The notes beneath the pieces are model-generated. The model worked only from the letters and a program-made list of their open reading frames with translations, ran no database searches and was not told where the DNA came from. A program made the position numbers and the translations under genes. Shown here piece by piece: positions 26,098-39,920 of a DNA stretch of 64,000 nucleotides; the first letter of the stretch is position 1, and every line of letters starts with the position of its first letter. This DNA comes from Lama glama (taxonomy: Eukaryota): assembly GCA_028534125.1 (NCBI GenBank), contig CM052816.1:94924001-94988000 (forward strand), read 5' to 3'.

Positions 26098-29000
26098 AAT
26101 TATTTATTCAATAAAAAAAAATCTAAAAAAACCTCTGGGGTAACCCACTCTATCCTTAATCTCATGAACTCTAAATATATGTGTAAATTCTAAATTCCTA
26201 TAAATACAACAATGAATAAGAGGAGTTTTAATGCTAGAAATAAATCATCAGCTGTTTTTCTGCTGTTTAAAGCCATGAATGACTGGCACAAAGTATAATT
26301 TGAACATTTAACTAATAATGTTAAGTATCAAGAGCTGCTAGAACTTTTGCAAGTTTTACTTGTTAAAATTTAACAGACAAAAAATTAAAATATGCACAAA
26401 ATTAAGGAACATGTATTTAACTCTCAAGCATGAGGAGTAAAACTGTGAGGAGAAAGGGATATTTTCACAAAAATTCCCCCCAAGCTGGAATAAAACTTTT
26501 TTAAACCACAAATGCCTTTCTCCTTTTTCTTTTGCTTCCCTTTTGTCTAATTTCTGCCTGATTTTTGTGTGTCTGTATATCACAACTTGGCAATAATGCA
26601 GATAATATAACCAAAAAATACTCTGCTAGTGTTGCCCCTGTTGGTTTCCTGAAAATACTTTGTCTCCAGGGTTATACCTTGTCTTTATTACATAGGAAAT
26701 TCTCTCTCCAGACATAGCACTTGGATATTATTTCTTTACATGTTATTTTCATATTTCAAGTTCTTAGAGGATTTTTAGTAATATGCCCTCAAGATTTATT
26801 CAAAACAAGCACAGTTTGCATAAAGCTTATTTATAAATTTAGTTCTTTGTTCTTAGGACCAAATAGTTGGGTGATCAGTGTTGTGACTGTGTTAAAGATT
26901 TAGCTGTCACTTCCCTTCAACCCACGTGCCAGTTTTGAAGAAATTTTAGGATAAATGAATCTTATATTTAAACTTAGAAATGATGTATTTCCATTTGGTA
27001 AAAGAGTTGCATATCTCATGAGTTCTCGTGGATCCTCACTCTAGAAGGAGGTTAGCATCAAAAGTTGCATGTGCAGAACTGTTTCATGATGTCAGTCTCA
27101 TCCTGGTGTCACCGTTGCCCTATATTCCTGTTGACCGTGATTCATTGGGCAACGTGACATCAAGTGTGTTGGCACAACTCTTAAAGAAGCTTTCTGGTCT
27201 TTCATAGGTGATAAAAATCTATTTTTTAATGGATAGTTGCTACTTCTTTCCCTATTAATAGAAGTTTGAATAAAGTACTCAGATAAAAGCGAAGACAGTG
27301 ACTGGCTTTGAAACAGTTCTTTTTCTTCTGGATTGACGTGTCAGGGCGCCATCAACATTCTGAAATAGCAGAGAAACCCCTTTGAACTTCTTCTCTTGTT
27401 GTCATCAAAGATTATCCATATTCACACCAGTTTTCCTTTTATTTCCTTCAGATTCTCTCTGTAGCCACTAAGAAATGATTGTAATAAAAGATATTTAAGA
27501 GCTACATAGATCACATGTCAAACTGAAGAAAATTGTCTACTGCTTTAGCCATTTATCTTGCTTTACTGCGCAGAGGTTAAGGAAAAAAGAACAAGATGAA
27601 ACCCAGCAGATGATAATATAGCTTTTTTTCTTTTTGCTCTTTTTGTAGTTTGTCTGTCACATGTAATGGGCACGCCACTACTGCTACGCTGTACCTCCAA
27701 CTGCTATGTGGGCTCTTACATGAGAGGGGAATTTCATCCATGTTAAGTTCTAAATCTTTATATGAAAATGATAGCTTAAAAATGTTAAGGAGTTGACAAA
27801 ATAAAAATTGGAAAAAAGAAGTAACTTTTCACTTCCCTTTGCACTAGCAGATAGAGTCTGTACCCCAAGCTAGTTTCCTCTGAGTAACCAGTATTACTCC
27901 TGCTTCAGCATCAAAGTCAACAAACCCATGCAATGACTGTTCTCTTCTCCTGGTGCTGTTTTTCTATCCAGTGCAGTGAGCCAGTCTCAAATAACGAACC
28001 AGGAGCAATGTGACGGGTCTGGTTCACTTTAAACCGTCGGGTTTTTTTTTTTTTTAAAGAGATGTACTGGTTTCATTGATAGGCCATGCACAGGTGCAAA
28101 GTCATCTTTGAACAGTTTAGAAGTAGCTTCAGTTGAAAGAACAGGAAGATTCCTACGCTGAGTGTCCTTGTTATAAAGTTGAGATTGAGTGACACTCTCA
28201 TTGAAAATGACCTTTTGTGGGACGTGCATCACCCATCCATGGGATGTCATCCATCCCTGAGCTTCAGCCTCGACTTGAGCTAAGCTGTATTATAATTGAC
28301 AAAAAGAAGATGAGATTTTTTAAATTTTTCTCTTGGAAAATAAATGACAAAATTCTTGAAATTACTTGTGACTGTTAAATAACTTTACATTATTTGCTAT
28401 CAACACTTTTATTTTTGTTACAAGGATACGACATAAGCCTATATTTTCTTCCAGGTAAATTTTCAGAACTAAGAAACTTACACAGATTCTGAAATATAAT
28501 TTTGTTTTCATATGTATACAGACATATATACATACACACATGTACATATATGCATGTAAAGTATCTGTGAAAAAGCTTAGTATATATGACATTTAGACAG
28601 TACTTTACATAATCATTAATAGATAAAAATAAGCAGTTAAATAACTTAATATCCCCATCCTAATATTATAAAGTAATTATTTTGTTTTACTATGATTTTT
28701 GTCAAAAATGGATATGGGAATATTTATTCTAAACATGTTACTTTATTTCTACCCTCAGTGTACTCATTGCCTTTATTTTTAATGAAGGAAAAAGGCTGTG
28801 TGTGATCAAAGATCAGGATCATTATTGAAACTTTCAATATTCTTTAAATTATAAGAATAATAGAACAAGAAATAAGAAATTTAGAAAAAGTGAAAGCCAT
28901 AAACAATTTTATTAATAAATGTTTATTATTATGACTTTTTTTATGGTGCATTTTACTTGGTATAAAACACAAGCCCCAGCTCCTTTGTATCCTGCTTTGT

Positions 29001-29700
29001 TTATTTAACTTTCATCTTAAATATTTATCCAAATTGCTATGTGATCTTTATAACTATCATTTTTAAAGGTCTTCTTTGTGAATAAGAAGCCATAATTTAA
29101 AATGTGTGTGTAATTAATTTTTAGTTACATAGTCTCCTATTATTCATTAGATTCAATTCAAACCAAACATCAGAATTTCTGTAGGATCAAAATTTGCCTA
29201 TAGCTCATGTCAATGTATGTAATAAACCATAACAGTTTTCTCTTTTTTGTCCATTCAGTCATTTGTTTGATGCCCATAGATGTAATGGCAAAACACGTAT
29301 TTTGCAAGTGATACAGGAATTTATCACAGTTCACACTTATTCATGAGAAGTGAAGGCATCTGATCATTACTATTTGATAGTTATAGTTACTACCGTAACT
29401 GCTATGCTCTGCCTATAGAATGTATTTAACTGTAAAATATGCTGCCTTGATCTTCAGCTAATCAGAATTAACCAGTCCTTCTTCCTTCCTATAGCAGTGT
29501 GCTAGAATCGTTCTCCATTCTACTACCAGTTACACTCACTTATGTATGTGCCCCAACCCTCTCCACCCTCCATCATAAGCTCCTGGTGGGCAGGGATGGC
29601 TCTCCCATTTTTGGTGGTCCCTGGACTGCTGAGGCAGTACCCTACCTCCGGTAGACATTCGCCAAATGTTACGACACCCTGCTTTTGTTTTCGTCTTTGA

Positions 29701-29949
<249 letters not shown>

Positions 29950-31864
29950 TGACTAGTTCGTTACAATAAAAAAGAAATCTGGAATTATGAGAACGTCCTT
30001 AGAAAATAAGAGAAGTCCAATTTTGAGAAGGGCAATTCTAATACAGTCGCTAAGGATGTTAGAGAAAGACCAGTTACAGTGAACTGTTGCACTTAGAAAG
30101 GTATTTCTTTTAAAAATTCTAGCTAAGGGCTCAGGGGTCCTCAAAGATCACTATGAGTCACATGAGAATAGATGTACGTATAGTCATTGAAATGCTGTGA
30201 TAGGTTTCCCATGCTGTTTGTGTAACTGAGCTGCTTCATTTTTAAGGGACCCTGGGACATGCTGAGGCTTTTCAAAGCACTGTCATTGACAGCTAAGTGA
30301 GCTAATACCCGAACATCTCGTATGAAAACCCATGTGAATCCTGTAATGCTGTAGCCGGTCCTATCCCCAAAGGAAAAGAACCTCTTGCATTTTATAATTA
30401 CGGGTTTACAGAGAAGAACAGTAGTATTAGTTCTTTTGGGCAAAATGCTAAAGTAAAGCAAATGTATGACTGGGAAGGCGATTAGGAAGGTCTTTTTCTG
30501 GGGGGGTGGGGGGGTCTTTAGAAACACACACTGTTCCTGATTGGTTCTCATCGAAAATTTCTATAGCCATGTTTTTGGATGGAAAGGGATTCATGATAGC
30601 AAAGAAGTCTTGAGTTTGATCACTAAGAGTTACATAAACTAATATCCCTTACTGCATAAGGGAGTGCAACCTCTTAGAAGAATGAAGGCATGTGGGGGAA
30701 ATACTGAGAGGGAATTTGGACCTCTGCTTGCCATTTCTCATTCATATCATATCAATGCTTGAGGTTTGACATATTCATAAACCACTCTATAACATTCATT
30801 TTCTTCAGAATGATAGCAGTATAGACACAAAGCTACAGATAATTCTCAGAAGCTCAGTACCACGGGTACCACACATACTGGGGGCAGTACTGCCATGTAA
30901 CAGTACCTTCCCTTCCTTTTATACCTTTCAGTATCTGCCCCTTGCCACTTCTCTCTCTCTCTCTCTGCCATCTTCCTTCCACTGCTACAGTCTTCACTGC
31001 AGCACTGCCTTCTTTGGTGAGGGTGACATCCCAGCCCTTGGGGCCCAGCCCTGGCATTACTTCCCAGGAGCTGGCTACTTACTAACGCATGGCGGGCCCA
31101 TCCCTTCTCTTGAGAGTCTTAGGAATGAACGTAATTATCCCTTTCCCTCGCTACCCAAGAGGCATCACTAATGTTGTGCCTTAAGAATTCACATTGGGCT
31201 GGGCCTGAAGTGAGTTTGTCTCATGCTTTTGACCAGAGAAGAGCTTCAAAAGTAGAGTCTTCCCAGGCAGAATCCTAGATTATAGCCTGACAGAACTAGG
31301 AAAGAGATAGTAACGGAAATCACTTTCTTGAACTAGCCCTTAGAATTAACCTCCCTCGAAAGTTAGGAGGCTTTGACTCTGATCATAATTCAAACCTTGA
31401 CTCTAACTTTTCTAAGCTTTGTGGGAAAATGATAGCCCTTCAGTGTGTCTCAGATGTGTCATCTTTAAACAGAGAAGATCATGACTGCTTCACCCCACAT
31501 CATACAGATCAGAGACAACACTGGATGCAAAGATGGGAGCAGGATGTCATGGGCCAAGGGGTTGTCACGGTATATACCCAACAGTACGAAGATGCTGCAA
31601 GTCCCCACCCAGCTCCCTGGCCTTGGAGGACCAAGTAGAAGGGGGTGGGAAGGTAGGCTCGGGGTTTCAGTCCTGAGTCTGACTTGAGGTGCAAAGCCAT
31701 CTAGACGGTGGCAAAACAAGTTTGCCATCTTTTTATTGGTTTTAACAAATTATTATTTTCCATGAGAAATACTTCAATTCCTATTAGAACAATTTAAAAA
31801 TGGAAAAATGTCTTTGAGCTATAGAAGATTTTGAATGTAAGTCTTCAACTTTTGCTTTAAAAGT

Positions 31865-32365
31865 TAAAATCTATATTCCATATGTTCAAAAAGATAATTA
31901 GAAACATGGAAAATTTATAAAGACACAAATAGAACTTCTAGAGTTTAAAATACGATGTCTAAATGAAAAATGCCCCAAGGAATGGGATTAATAGATTAGA
32001 CATCAAAAAAGAAAAGATTAGTGAACTGAAAGACAGCAGCTGAAAACTATACAAAATGAAACACAGAGAAAAAAAGAAAAAAAAAAGTAACAGTACATCA
32101 TTGAGCTTCAAGTGGCCTGATGTGTGTGTAAATGGAGTCCCCAAACAAGATGAGAGAAAAAGGGGGAAGAGATGAGAAAACCTATTTCAAGAAATAATGG
32201 TTGAAAACTTTCCAAATGTGATGAAAACCACAAACTCACACATCTAAGCAACTCAAGAAACTCTACCAGAAACATGAAAAAAATTATACCAAGGTACATT
32301 ATAATCAAATCCCTCAACATCAGTAGTAAAGAGAAAATCTCAAAAGCAACCAAAGAAAGAAGACA
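31865..32365 (+). mobile_element. Old L1 ORF1-region fragment
   Basis: A-rich; aagaaataatggttgaaaactttccaaat; colinear with 36490-37020. Confidence 0.85.
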
Positions 32366-35300
32366 TGTATGTATCAAGTGTGCATCACATCTCAATACCA
32401 CATCCTTGAAAAAATTCAAGGATCAGTGTCACAATTATTCACTTATTCATGTGAATTCTTGTCGAGTCACTAGGAATGTAAAAAGAATCTGCACTGTAAG
32501 GCCTCTGAGGGCAGAAACCAAGTTCCATTTATTTCTTTGTACCCCACTGCTCAGCACTATGCTTGGCTGAGCAATAGTGCTCAAGCACGAGCATTTAACT
32601 ATGAACCATGAACACTGAACTGGTAGTGTCTATGTCCAGGGGCCTCTCTTGCAGATAACAGTGTTTTATATCTATATGATCTGTCTGTCATTAAGCAATT
32701 AATAGCGCTTGTTATGACCAGGCCATATTCCGATGGTCATGTTTTATGATTCTTTATTTGGCTCTTTGACTCAGATGGGACTATGTAGTCGATAGAAGAT
32801 AAAATTGATAGAAAGGGGTTGTGGGAGATCTGTTTCCTTTTCAGTTTCCAGACTCATCAATGCTTTGCACACTGCAGATTTTGATGACCTTGCCCAGTTC
32901 TACAGTTCTGCAAAATTGAACTTTCTCTTCATATTGGTCATTAAAGACACAGGCTTTGTGTCAAGGTAACCAGGTCAGCTGGGAGAGCTGCTGAGATATG
33001 TCTGGGTTCTTAGGGGTTTGGAGTAATTCAACAATGAATTTTTAATTTATACTATTTTATACTAATTTATACTATTTTGATATTCAAAAATTCTCTCTTG
33101 TTTTGGGTTATTATGGAAGAAGTCTGATAAAAATTCTCAGTGTTTTCTAGCAGTAATATCTTGCTGACTGTTTTCAGTGCAGAAACCTGAACATTAGTTC
33201 CGCACAGTTATCCTCAGTATATAATCACCCCCATATATCCAGAAGCATTGATTTGGTAAATTTTTCTACTACTAATAGAGTAGAGACTACTTAGAAAGAG
33301 GTAGAAGGTCTGCAGTGGATGACATCAACATCACAAAAGCTTTTCTGTATTCTAGACAAAGTGTAACCATCAGATTTCCCAGTCCACGTCGAATTTCAGG
33401 CAACAAATTACAGAATGCAAGGAGTTACTCTTGTAGGCAGGCCCACAGATCTGCCATAAGAAGGGAGAATAGATGGCAAAGTGAAAAAATAGAAGAGTCA
33501 GAGAAAGGAAATACAAGGATGCAAGAAAGAAAAGATATCGGAGGCCATTCAGTGTTTCGGCTGTTTCATATGTTCTGATAACTGACTGTCATAATGCTGA
33601 CCTTCTGTCATCAAGAAAATACTAAATTATTACTAGTAATTTCAGAAGACAGAAAGCATTTTAGAAAGACTTTTGTCCCAATAGTTACAGTAGAATTTTG
33701 ACTCACAGGATGTCAACCTTATTTACAAGAAGCACTGGCTTTCCTGATAACTCTAGACAAAAGGAATTGCCCTCAGGCAGGGCAGAGAGCTGTTACGGCA
33801 TATTTGTGCATAGTTATAAATATATATACTTACGTAAGAGTTTTCTTATCAAAACACAAATGCACAAGCATGCATAAAGGCCAATCACATTATCATCATC
33901 TTTTGTAAAATTTATTAATCTACCATATTAAAAGGTAACAGAACATGTGGGAAGGGAAGATAGATGATCTATAGGAGTGAGTTTTGAAAGGAATGTCATT
34001 AAGCCAAACACTGATAAATAGTTATAATTTTTTTAAAGATTGTGAATAACTTGTACCAAAACCAAGCAAAGAAATCCTTACTCTAAAAAACCATGACTTA
34101 AGGGGAAAAAATAATCAAAAGATTTACTTAGGACACACAGCAGCATCGAATTTCACGAGAACAGTGTTATCATCTGAAAGCTAGAGTCCGAAGAGTGTGT
34201 TTGTATAGCAACTGTTGAAATTTAGTGGCATTTTTAAGTGTCCTTAACTTCTATGACCCAAACAAAAGCAGAAATGTGAAGGTAAAACACCAGAATTTTG
34301 CATGGAGAGAGCTTTTTATAGACCTCATCGTCTCAAACAATAACTTTCCTTTATGAGAAGATCATGCACACTCTTATTCTGTGACAAGTTGACTAGCAAA
34401 CTAGATCATCATAATGGCCCTAAACACTTTTTAAGCTTTAAAACACTCATTACTTGGTTTATGAGCATCAGAAAACGTAATGGGAGAAGCGTAGTGAAAT
34501 GTTTTTCATAGCTAACACGGACTTCAGTTTCCTTTTTCTCATTAACAGTACAATGATTTTGTTTGTCACAGAATATTAGAACAGTTGGATATAGCAGTGT
34601 GAAAATTTCCAAAATGGAAATGAATGCTCTTTCAACTCCCATTTATGGGTTATTTTTATTGTAATTGAACGTGTGAAAACCCAGGATTTGAACTATCGTA
34701 GAAATAAATCTGTACTTGCTATTAAGCCATCATTTTAAATATCTTTGTATAGTCAGTTTTCTCCCTAAAATGTGACTATTCTCAGAAAGTCTATTATTTA
34801 CCCATTTATGTTAGAGTGAGATAGAGTAAAGAGATACTTGGATATTAATCTGTTAATATTTAATGAAGCAACATGATAGCAATATAAATTTAGTGAAGAA
34901 AGAAACAGAATCTCTGGCCATGTGGCCCCAATGAATAAAAAATAAGAGAACTGGGAAATTTGAGACTTGTCCCCAGGGACAGGGACAACAGCCTTGAGAA
35001 GGGCATTGAATTTAGTGTAGGTTAGCAATTAGTGTAGCGTGTAAAAATGGACCAGGGCAGATTAGTGGAATGAAGCAAATAAAAGTAAAAATCATGTTTT
35101 AACATCTGAGACAAATATCTCTGTCCTAGTTAACAGTGTGATATAAAGCGTAAGTTTTAAAGGCAAAGAAACAAAGTTCTGAAAGATTATGATGAAAATA
35201 GGACATGAAGCAGCATGCCTAATGGGGTAGAAATTGGGCCAGAATAAACGCAGAGGTTATCTGAGGACTCTGCCCGATCAGCAGGCTCCTGGAGTCAGTA

Positions 35301-35622
35301 CACTCAGTCAGACATGATGACCAGCCTGAGACCAGGCAAGGAGAGGCCTGGCCTCAGGAGGAGGTGGAGAGGAGCAGGTCACAACCAGGTCACTGGTTCT
35401 AATCACACAATACTCAGTGGTTCCTGTAAGACCCTAGTAAGCAGGGCTGATAGCTAGGGCTGCCCCTGCCTTACAACTGTCATGTGCACCCAAACTGACA
35501 AGAGAGTAAGCCCATTTTTGGATAGTTCGGCACTATTTCCATCATTGTCATTGAATAACAGAGCCCTAAGTTACAGAATTATATTCTGAAATTGTAGAAA
35601 TAGCTAAACCTGAGGGATGTCC

Positions 35623-37105
35623 ACTTCCAGCCAAGACGGAGTACCAGGACCCTTTAAGTAGCAATGACAACAGCAGCAACACACCAGAGAAATACACGGA
35701 ACAATGGTTTGTGAAACACTAAGCATTATTCAAACAAGAACAATGATTCCTGAGAAACAGGAAATAAGCATGGTGAGCTCTATGACTGTCCCAGCTCACT
35801 GCCTTGAGAGTTTCCAGACCACGGCACAAGGATTAGGAACCCAGGAGGTTCTTTAAAAAAAAAAAAACACTCTGAGCTAAGGAGATGGACCTGGGAATCT
35901 GGGGAGACCAAGGTGATTAAAGCTCACAGGACAGAGCTTCAAAGAGCAGAAAGCCACACACAGAACCTTAGAAATGTGCAGTAGATCCCCCTCAAATACT
36001 CAGCAGAGAACTCTCACTGCTTGCATGTGAAGGAAATACTCAAGGCCAAAAAAAACCTCCCAAAATTATTAGACAAAATGAAACTTGGCACTCACATAGG
36101 GATGGGCATAGTGTACATTCCCAAGTTTCCCAGATAGGAAAACTTCATCATTCATGAATCACTGGGTAGAGTACTCAGCAGGGTCTTGCCTCAGCACTGA
36201 GGTGTAATTAGCCCTGGACTAAATATGCACTAATCTTTCCTATCCAGTCTTAAAAGTAAGACCCAGAAGGATCAACAGTTTCCAAGTAAATTAACTGCAT
36301 CCTCGAACAAAATTTAAAAATACGTATAGGGATATGAAAATACCCATCACTCTACACATTAAAATGAAGAATGTCTGGCATCCAATTGAAATAATCCTAC
36401 CAGCAAATGCACAGGAAAATGTGATTCATGAGAAAAATCAATCATTCAAAACCAATTTAGAATCAACAAAGAGAGAAGACAAGCAGTTATGGTAACTGTA
36501 TTCCATGTGTTCAAAAAGTTCATTAGAAATGTGGAAAATATACTTAAAAACAAATAAAATTTCTAGATTTGAAAATAAAATGTCAAATGAAAAACATATG
36601 GAATGGGATTAACAGCAGGTTAGACGTTGCTGAAGAAAAGATTAATGAATTTAAAGATGGCAATGGAAACTATACAAAATGAAACTCAGATTTTTTTTTA
36701 AAAAGGAAGGAAAAAACTGCAGATCACCAGTGACCCCCAAGTGGCCTGATACATGTACAATTAGAATCCTCAAAGGAGAGGAGAGAGAAAAGAGAAAGAT
36801 AACGAGAAAAAAAACATATTTGAAGAAATAATGGTTGAAAAATTTCCAAATGGTTTTAAATTTTTCAAGTTTAATGAAAACTGCAAACTCACGGATCTAA
36901 GCAGCTCAAGGAACCCCAAGCAAAAGAAATATGAAGAAACTACACCAAAGTGCCGCACAATCAAATAGCTCAAAATTAGTAATAAAGAGAAAATCTTAAA
37001 AACAACCAGAGAAGAAAGACAAGTTCCATATAAAGTTAAGGATGACAGCTGATTTTTCAGCAGCAACAATGCCAGTGAGAAGACAATGAGGCAGCATCTT
37101 TAAAC
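35623..37105 (+). mobile_element. Old L1 (L1MC-like) 5' UTR plus degraded ORF1
   Basis: Starts acttccagccaagacggagta; ORF1-like gaagaaataatggttgaaaaatttccaaat and gacagctgatttttcagcagcaacaatg. Confidence 0.8.
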
Positions 37106-37850
37106 CTGTTGGACCCAATCATGTATAAAGTTGACTTTGCTTTGGTGTCTAGCAGGTACAACCTGTTTTACAGGATACTCTTCAGGATACCTAGAACAGC
37201 TGTAAAACTATCTGTAGAAAAAAAAGTCCTTTCTGAGCCCAGTTTAAGACGTGGGCTAGCCTGGAAACTAGCACGGTTAATTACCTGAGCAGTAGGTCAC
37301 AGAGAAATTCTGACATCGAAACTTCAGTTTAATTGTCCCAACATGATCAGAGCTATGGTGGCCCAGGACATGCCACTCAGTATTCTGCTCTTCCAGCCCT
37401 GAAGACGAGCAAATACTCATAAGCCCTGCGCAAAAGTTCTGTCCCAATACACAGGGACCACAGAATTAAGGGATGAGTTTGGCTATGGAAAAATGACCAA
37501 AGAAATGTGTGGCCACTTCAGACCCTGACTGCACTTTTGTGGAAGTGGTTAGAATTTGCTGGCCCTATCTTTCATTGCAGTGGCTTTGATCCTTTATATA
37601 TCGTTCCTTTCAGTGGCGAACGTTGTTCTTAAATAATATGCACTTGGTACTCGAAACCAACCTGACATTTCCTTTCGCCAGTTAAGCGTTTTTAATCTCC
37701 AGCTGTGAGCCAGAAATTAGAAGACAGTTGACATAGAGATGAATATGAGTTGGTAACTTCCCTCAGGTACCTTCCAGTGTAATAAACATGTAACTAAAAA
37801 GTAAAAAAAAAAAAAACACAATAAATTTTATACTAGGAGTATATACCTGA

Positions 37851-37852
<2 letters not shown>

Positions 37853-37900
<48 letters not shown>

Positions 37901-37905
37901 ACACA
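37853..37905. repeat. (AT)19 plus short (AC)n compound microsatellite
   Basis: Direct read. Confidence 0.97.
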
Positions 37906-38035
37906 AGGCACAAAGGTGTCCCAGGGGGCACTTTTACAAGGAGGAGATTAGGGATGAGGGAGCCTACTTCCAAGATCACTAGCTAAAACCTTCCTTCTGG
38001 GAGTCAATGATCAGAGTTCACTTTAACGCACTAAC

Positions 38036-38290
38036 ATATCTCGTTATTTAGAGGAATGCTAGCTGCTATAACAAAAAGACCCCCAAATACACAAGGACTC
38101 AAAGGAGATGAGAGGTAGAAGCTATTTCCTCTGATACAGCAGATAACTATATCAGGTGTGTGAGGAAGGAAGCTCCCCTCCATAACTTAATTCACCCAGG
38201 CTAATAACTGTTCTGCCATCTTCAAGATGTGACTTCCAAAGCTAGTCATCACTCACCAGCAGGAAGCAGAAAACAGAGCAGATCCATAAC
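38036..38290 (-). mobile_element. Old MaLR (MLT1J-like) fragment
   Basis: gctagctgctataacaaaaagacccccaaat; tctgccatcttcaa. Confidence 0.6.
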
Positions 38291-39689
38291 CAGAAATATC
38301 CTCTATTGAAAGTCATCTTGGAGCCCTTGTTTTGCCTGATGCAAAAAAGGAAAAGAAGAAAAAAAATCACATAAACACTTTCCAGCGAACTCAAACAAAT
38401 TCAGCTATTTCCCGGTCCCTCAAGGCTTAAAACTTGGCCACATTTATATTGGTCAGCCATCATCTTCTCCTGCCCCTGGTGGTTGGTATTAAACTTGGCT
38501 GTCTTACAGGCACATCCTTGCAGGGGATGGAGACTGGGGGTTCACTTCTGTCTGGAATCATTTCTTTCCTCTTCTGCCTCTTGCCCAGGACAAGCCTCCT
38601 CATCCCACTGGGTTCCCATCTGGAATAGGGCAATTGATGATTGGACCATTTCTGGTCCAAGGTGCTCTCCTGATCCACACCTGCCTTCCTCGCTATTGAG
38701 CTCTGGTGAGATACAGCCACATCCTCTCCTTAACCTGGGCAGGCACAATCCACACTCGCCATTCTGATGGGTCCCAACCACCTGGCCAATGAACCCTCCT
38801 GCCACTCTGGGTCCTCAGCCTTTTTCCTGGCTAACTCACACAGCCCACCCACTCAAGACCACAGAAACACTCAGGGGCTTCCCCGTGCCACACTGGGGCC
38901 ACAGGAATCCTCTTCTGCCCAGCAAGTCATGCTGCCATGACTTCCCACCGTGTGGCCCCCACTCCATGACGGTGCGGGGCACTTCTGAGTCTTGCGCAGC
39001 CAGCGCTGGTGTCCAGGGAGGGCAGTGGAGCTTCTGTCAACTCTCTGCTCTTCTATCTTCCAGGGGGATTTTTATCACCATCCCTTCACACACAGAGGAG
39101 GACGTGTGCAGGGGCGCTTCGGGTGGCAGCCCCCCACATGCTCACACATCTCCTGCTTCTTCTCCAGCCTGGATCGCTTCTGTCCGCTGCTTGGAGGCTC
39201 TGTGTGGACTCAGAGGAGGAGGCATATTGTCTTCTGTCCTCATCCCCTTTCAAGTATCTCCCACCTTTCACCTGCGTCTGTACCTCCCAGCCCTAAACAC
39301 TGAACATCTGTTGCTTCCTTATCTGTCCCATCCTGACATCCCTTCCTTGGAAGTGGTGGAGCCTCTCTCCAGGAAGAGCCATGGACAAGGAGGAAAAGGA
39401 ATAGGATTTATCGTTTTGAATTGTTGCCTCGTCACATGCAAATAGAAGCCATCCGTTCCAGACTTCTTACCTCAGGTCTACTACATCCTGGCAAATTATT
39501 CTCGAGACCAAATTGAAACGTCCAGAACTAGAAAGGTCTTTAACTCAGGAGGCTAGAGGAGTGCCCCAGGGCTTACTGGAAGACTAACGCATGAATTGTT
39601 ATACCAAGATGAACTGGTGAATTTGTAAGGGCTTAGATCCACTGTGAGTGGAGATTGTCATAGCTTACACTGCCTTTCTGAGAGGCATA

Positions 39690-39920
39690 TGAGAATAATG
39701 GCCGACCACACCAACTCTGAGACACTGCTCCCTGGGTTCAAGGCCTGGTTAAGCGTCTACAGGCTGTGCAACCTTAGTGCACCTCCCTTTTCTCATCTGT
39801 AAAATGGGAGTAACAGTAGTGCCCCTCAATAGGATTGAGACGCGGACTAAATGAGTTAGAACAGATAGTGAAATTAGAGCAGCACCTGACATTTGCTTGA
39901 AGTGTTAGGTGTATTTTAGC
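39690..39920 (+). mobile_element. MIR
   Basis: cctgggttcaa...ttctcatctgtaaaatgggagtaacagtagt...taaatgagtta. Confidence 0.85.

Noticed and set aside
27621..27668. Acceptor-like tract followed by a 14-nt segment and gtaatg
   Set aside because: Not frame-preserving, weak donor, no other support.
38789..39445. Longest ORF in the track (218 aa)
   Set aside because: No recognisable domain, composition typical of GC-rich intron, overlapping ORFs in several frames.
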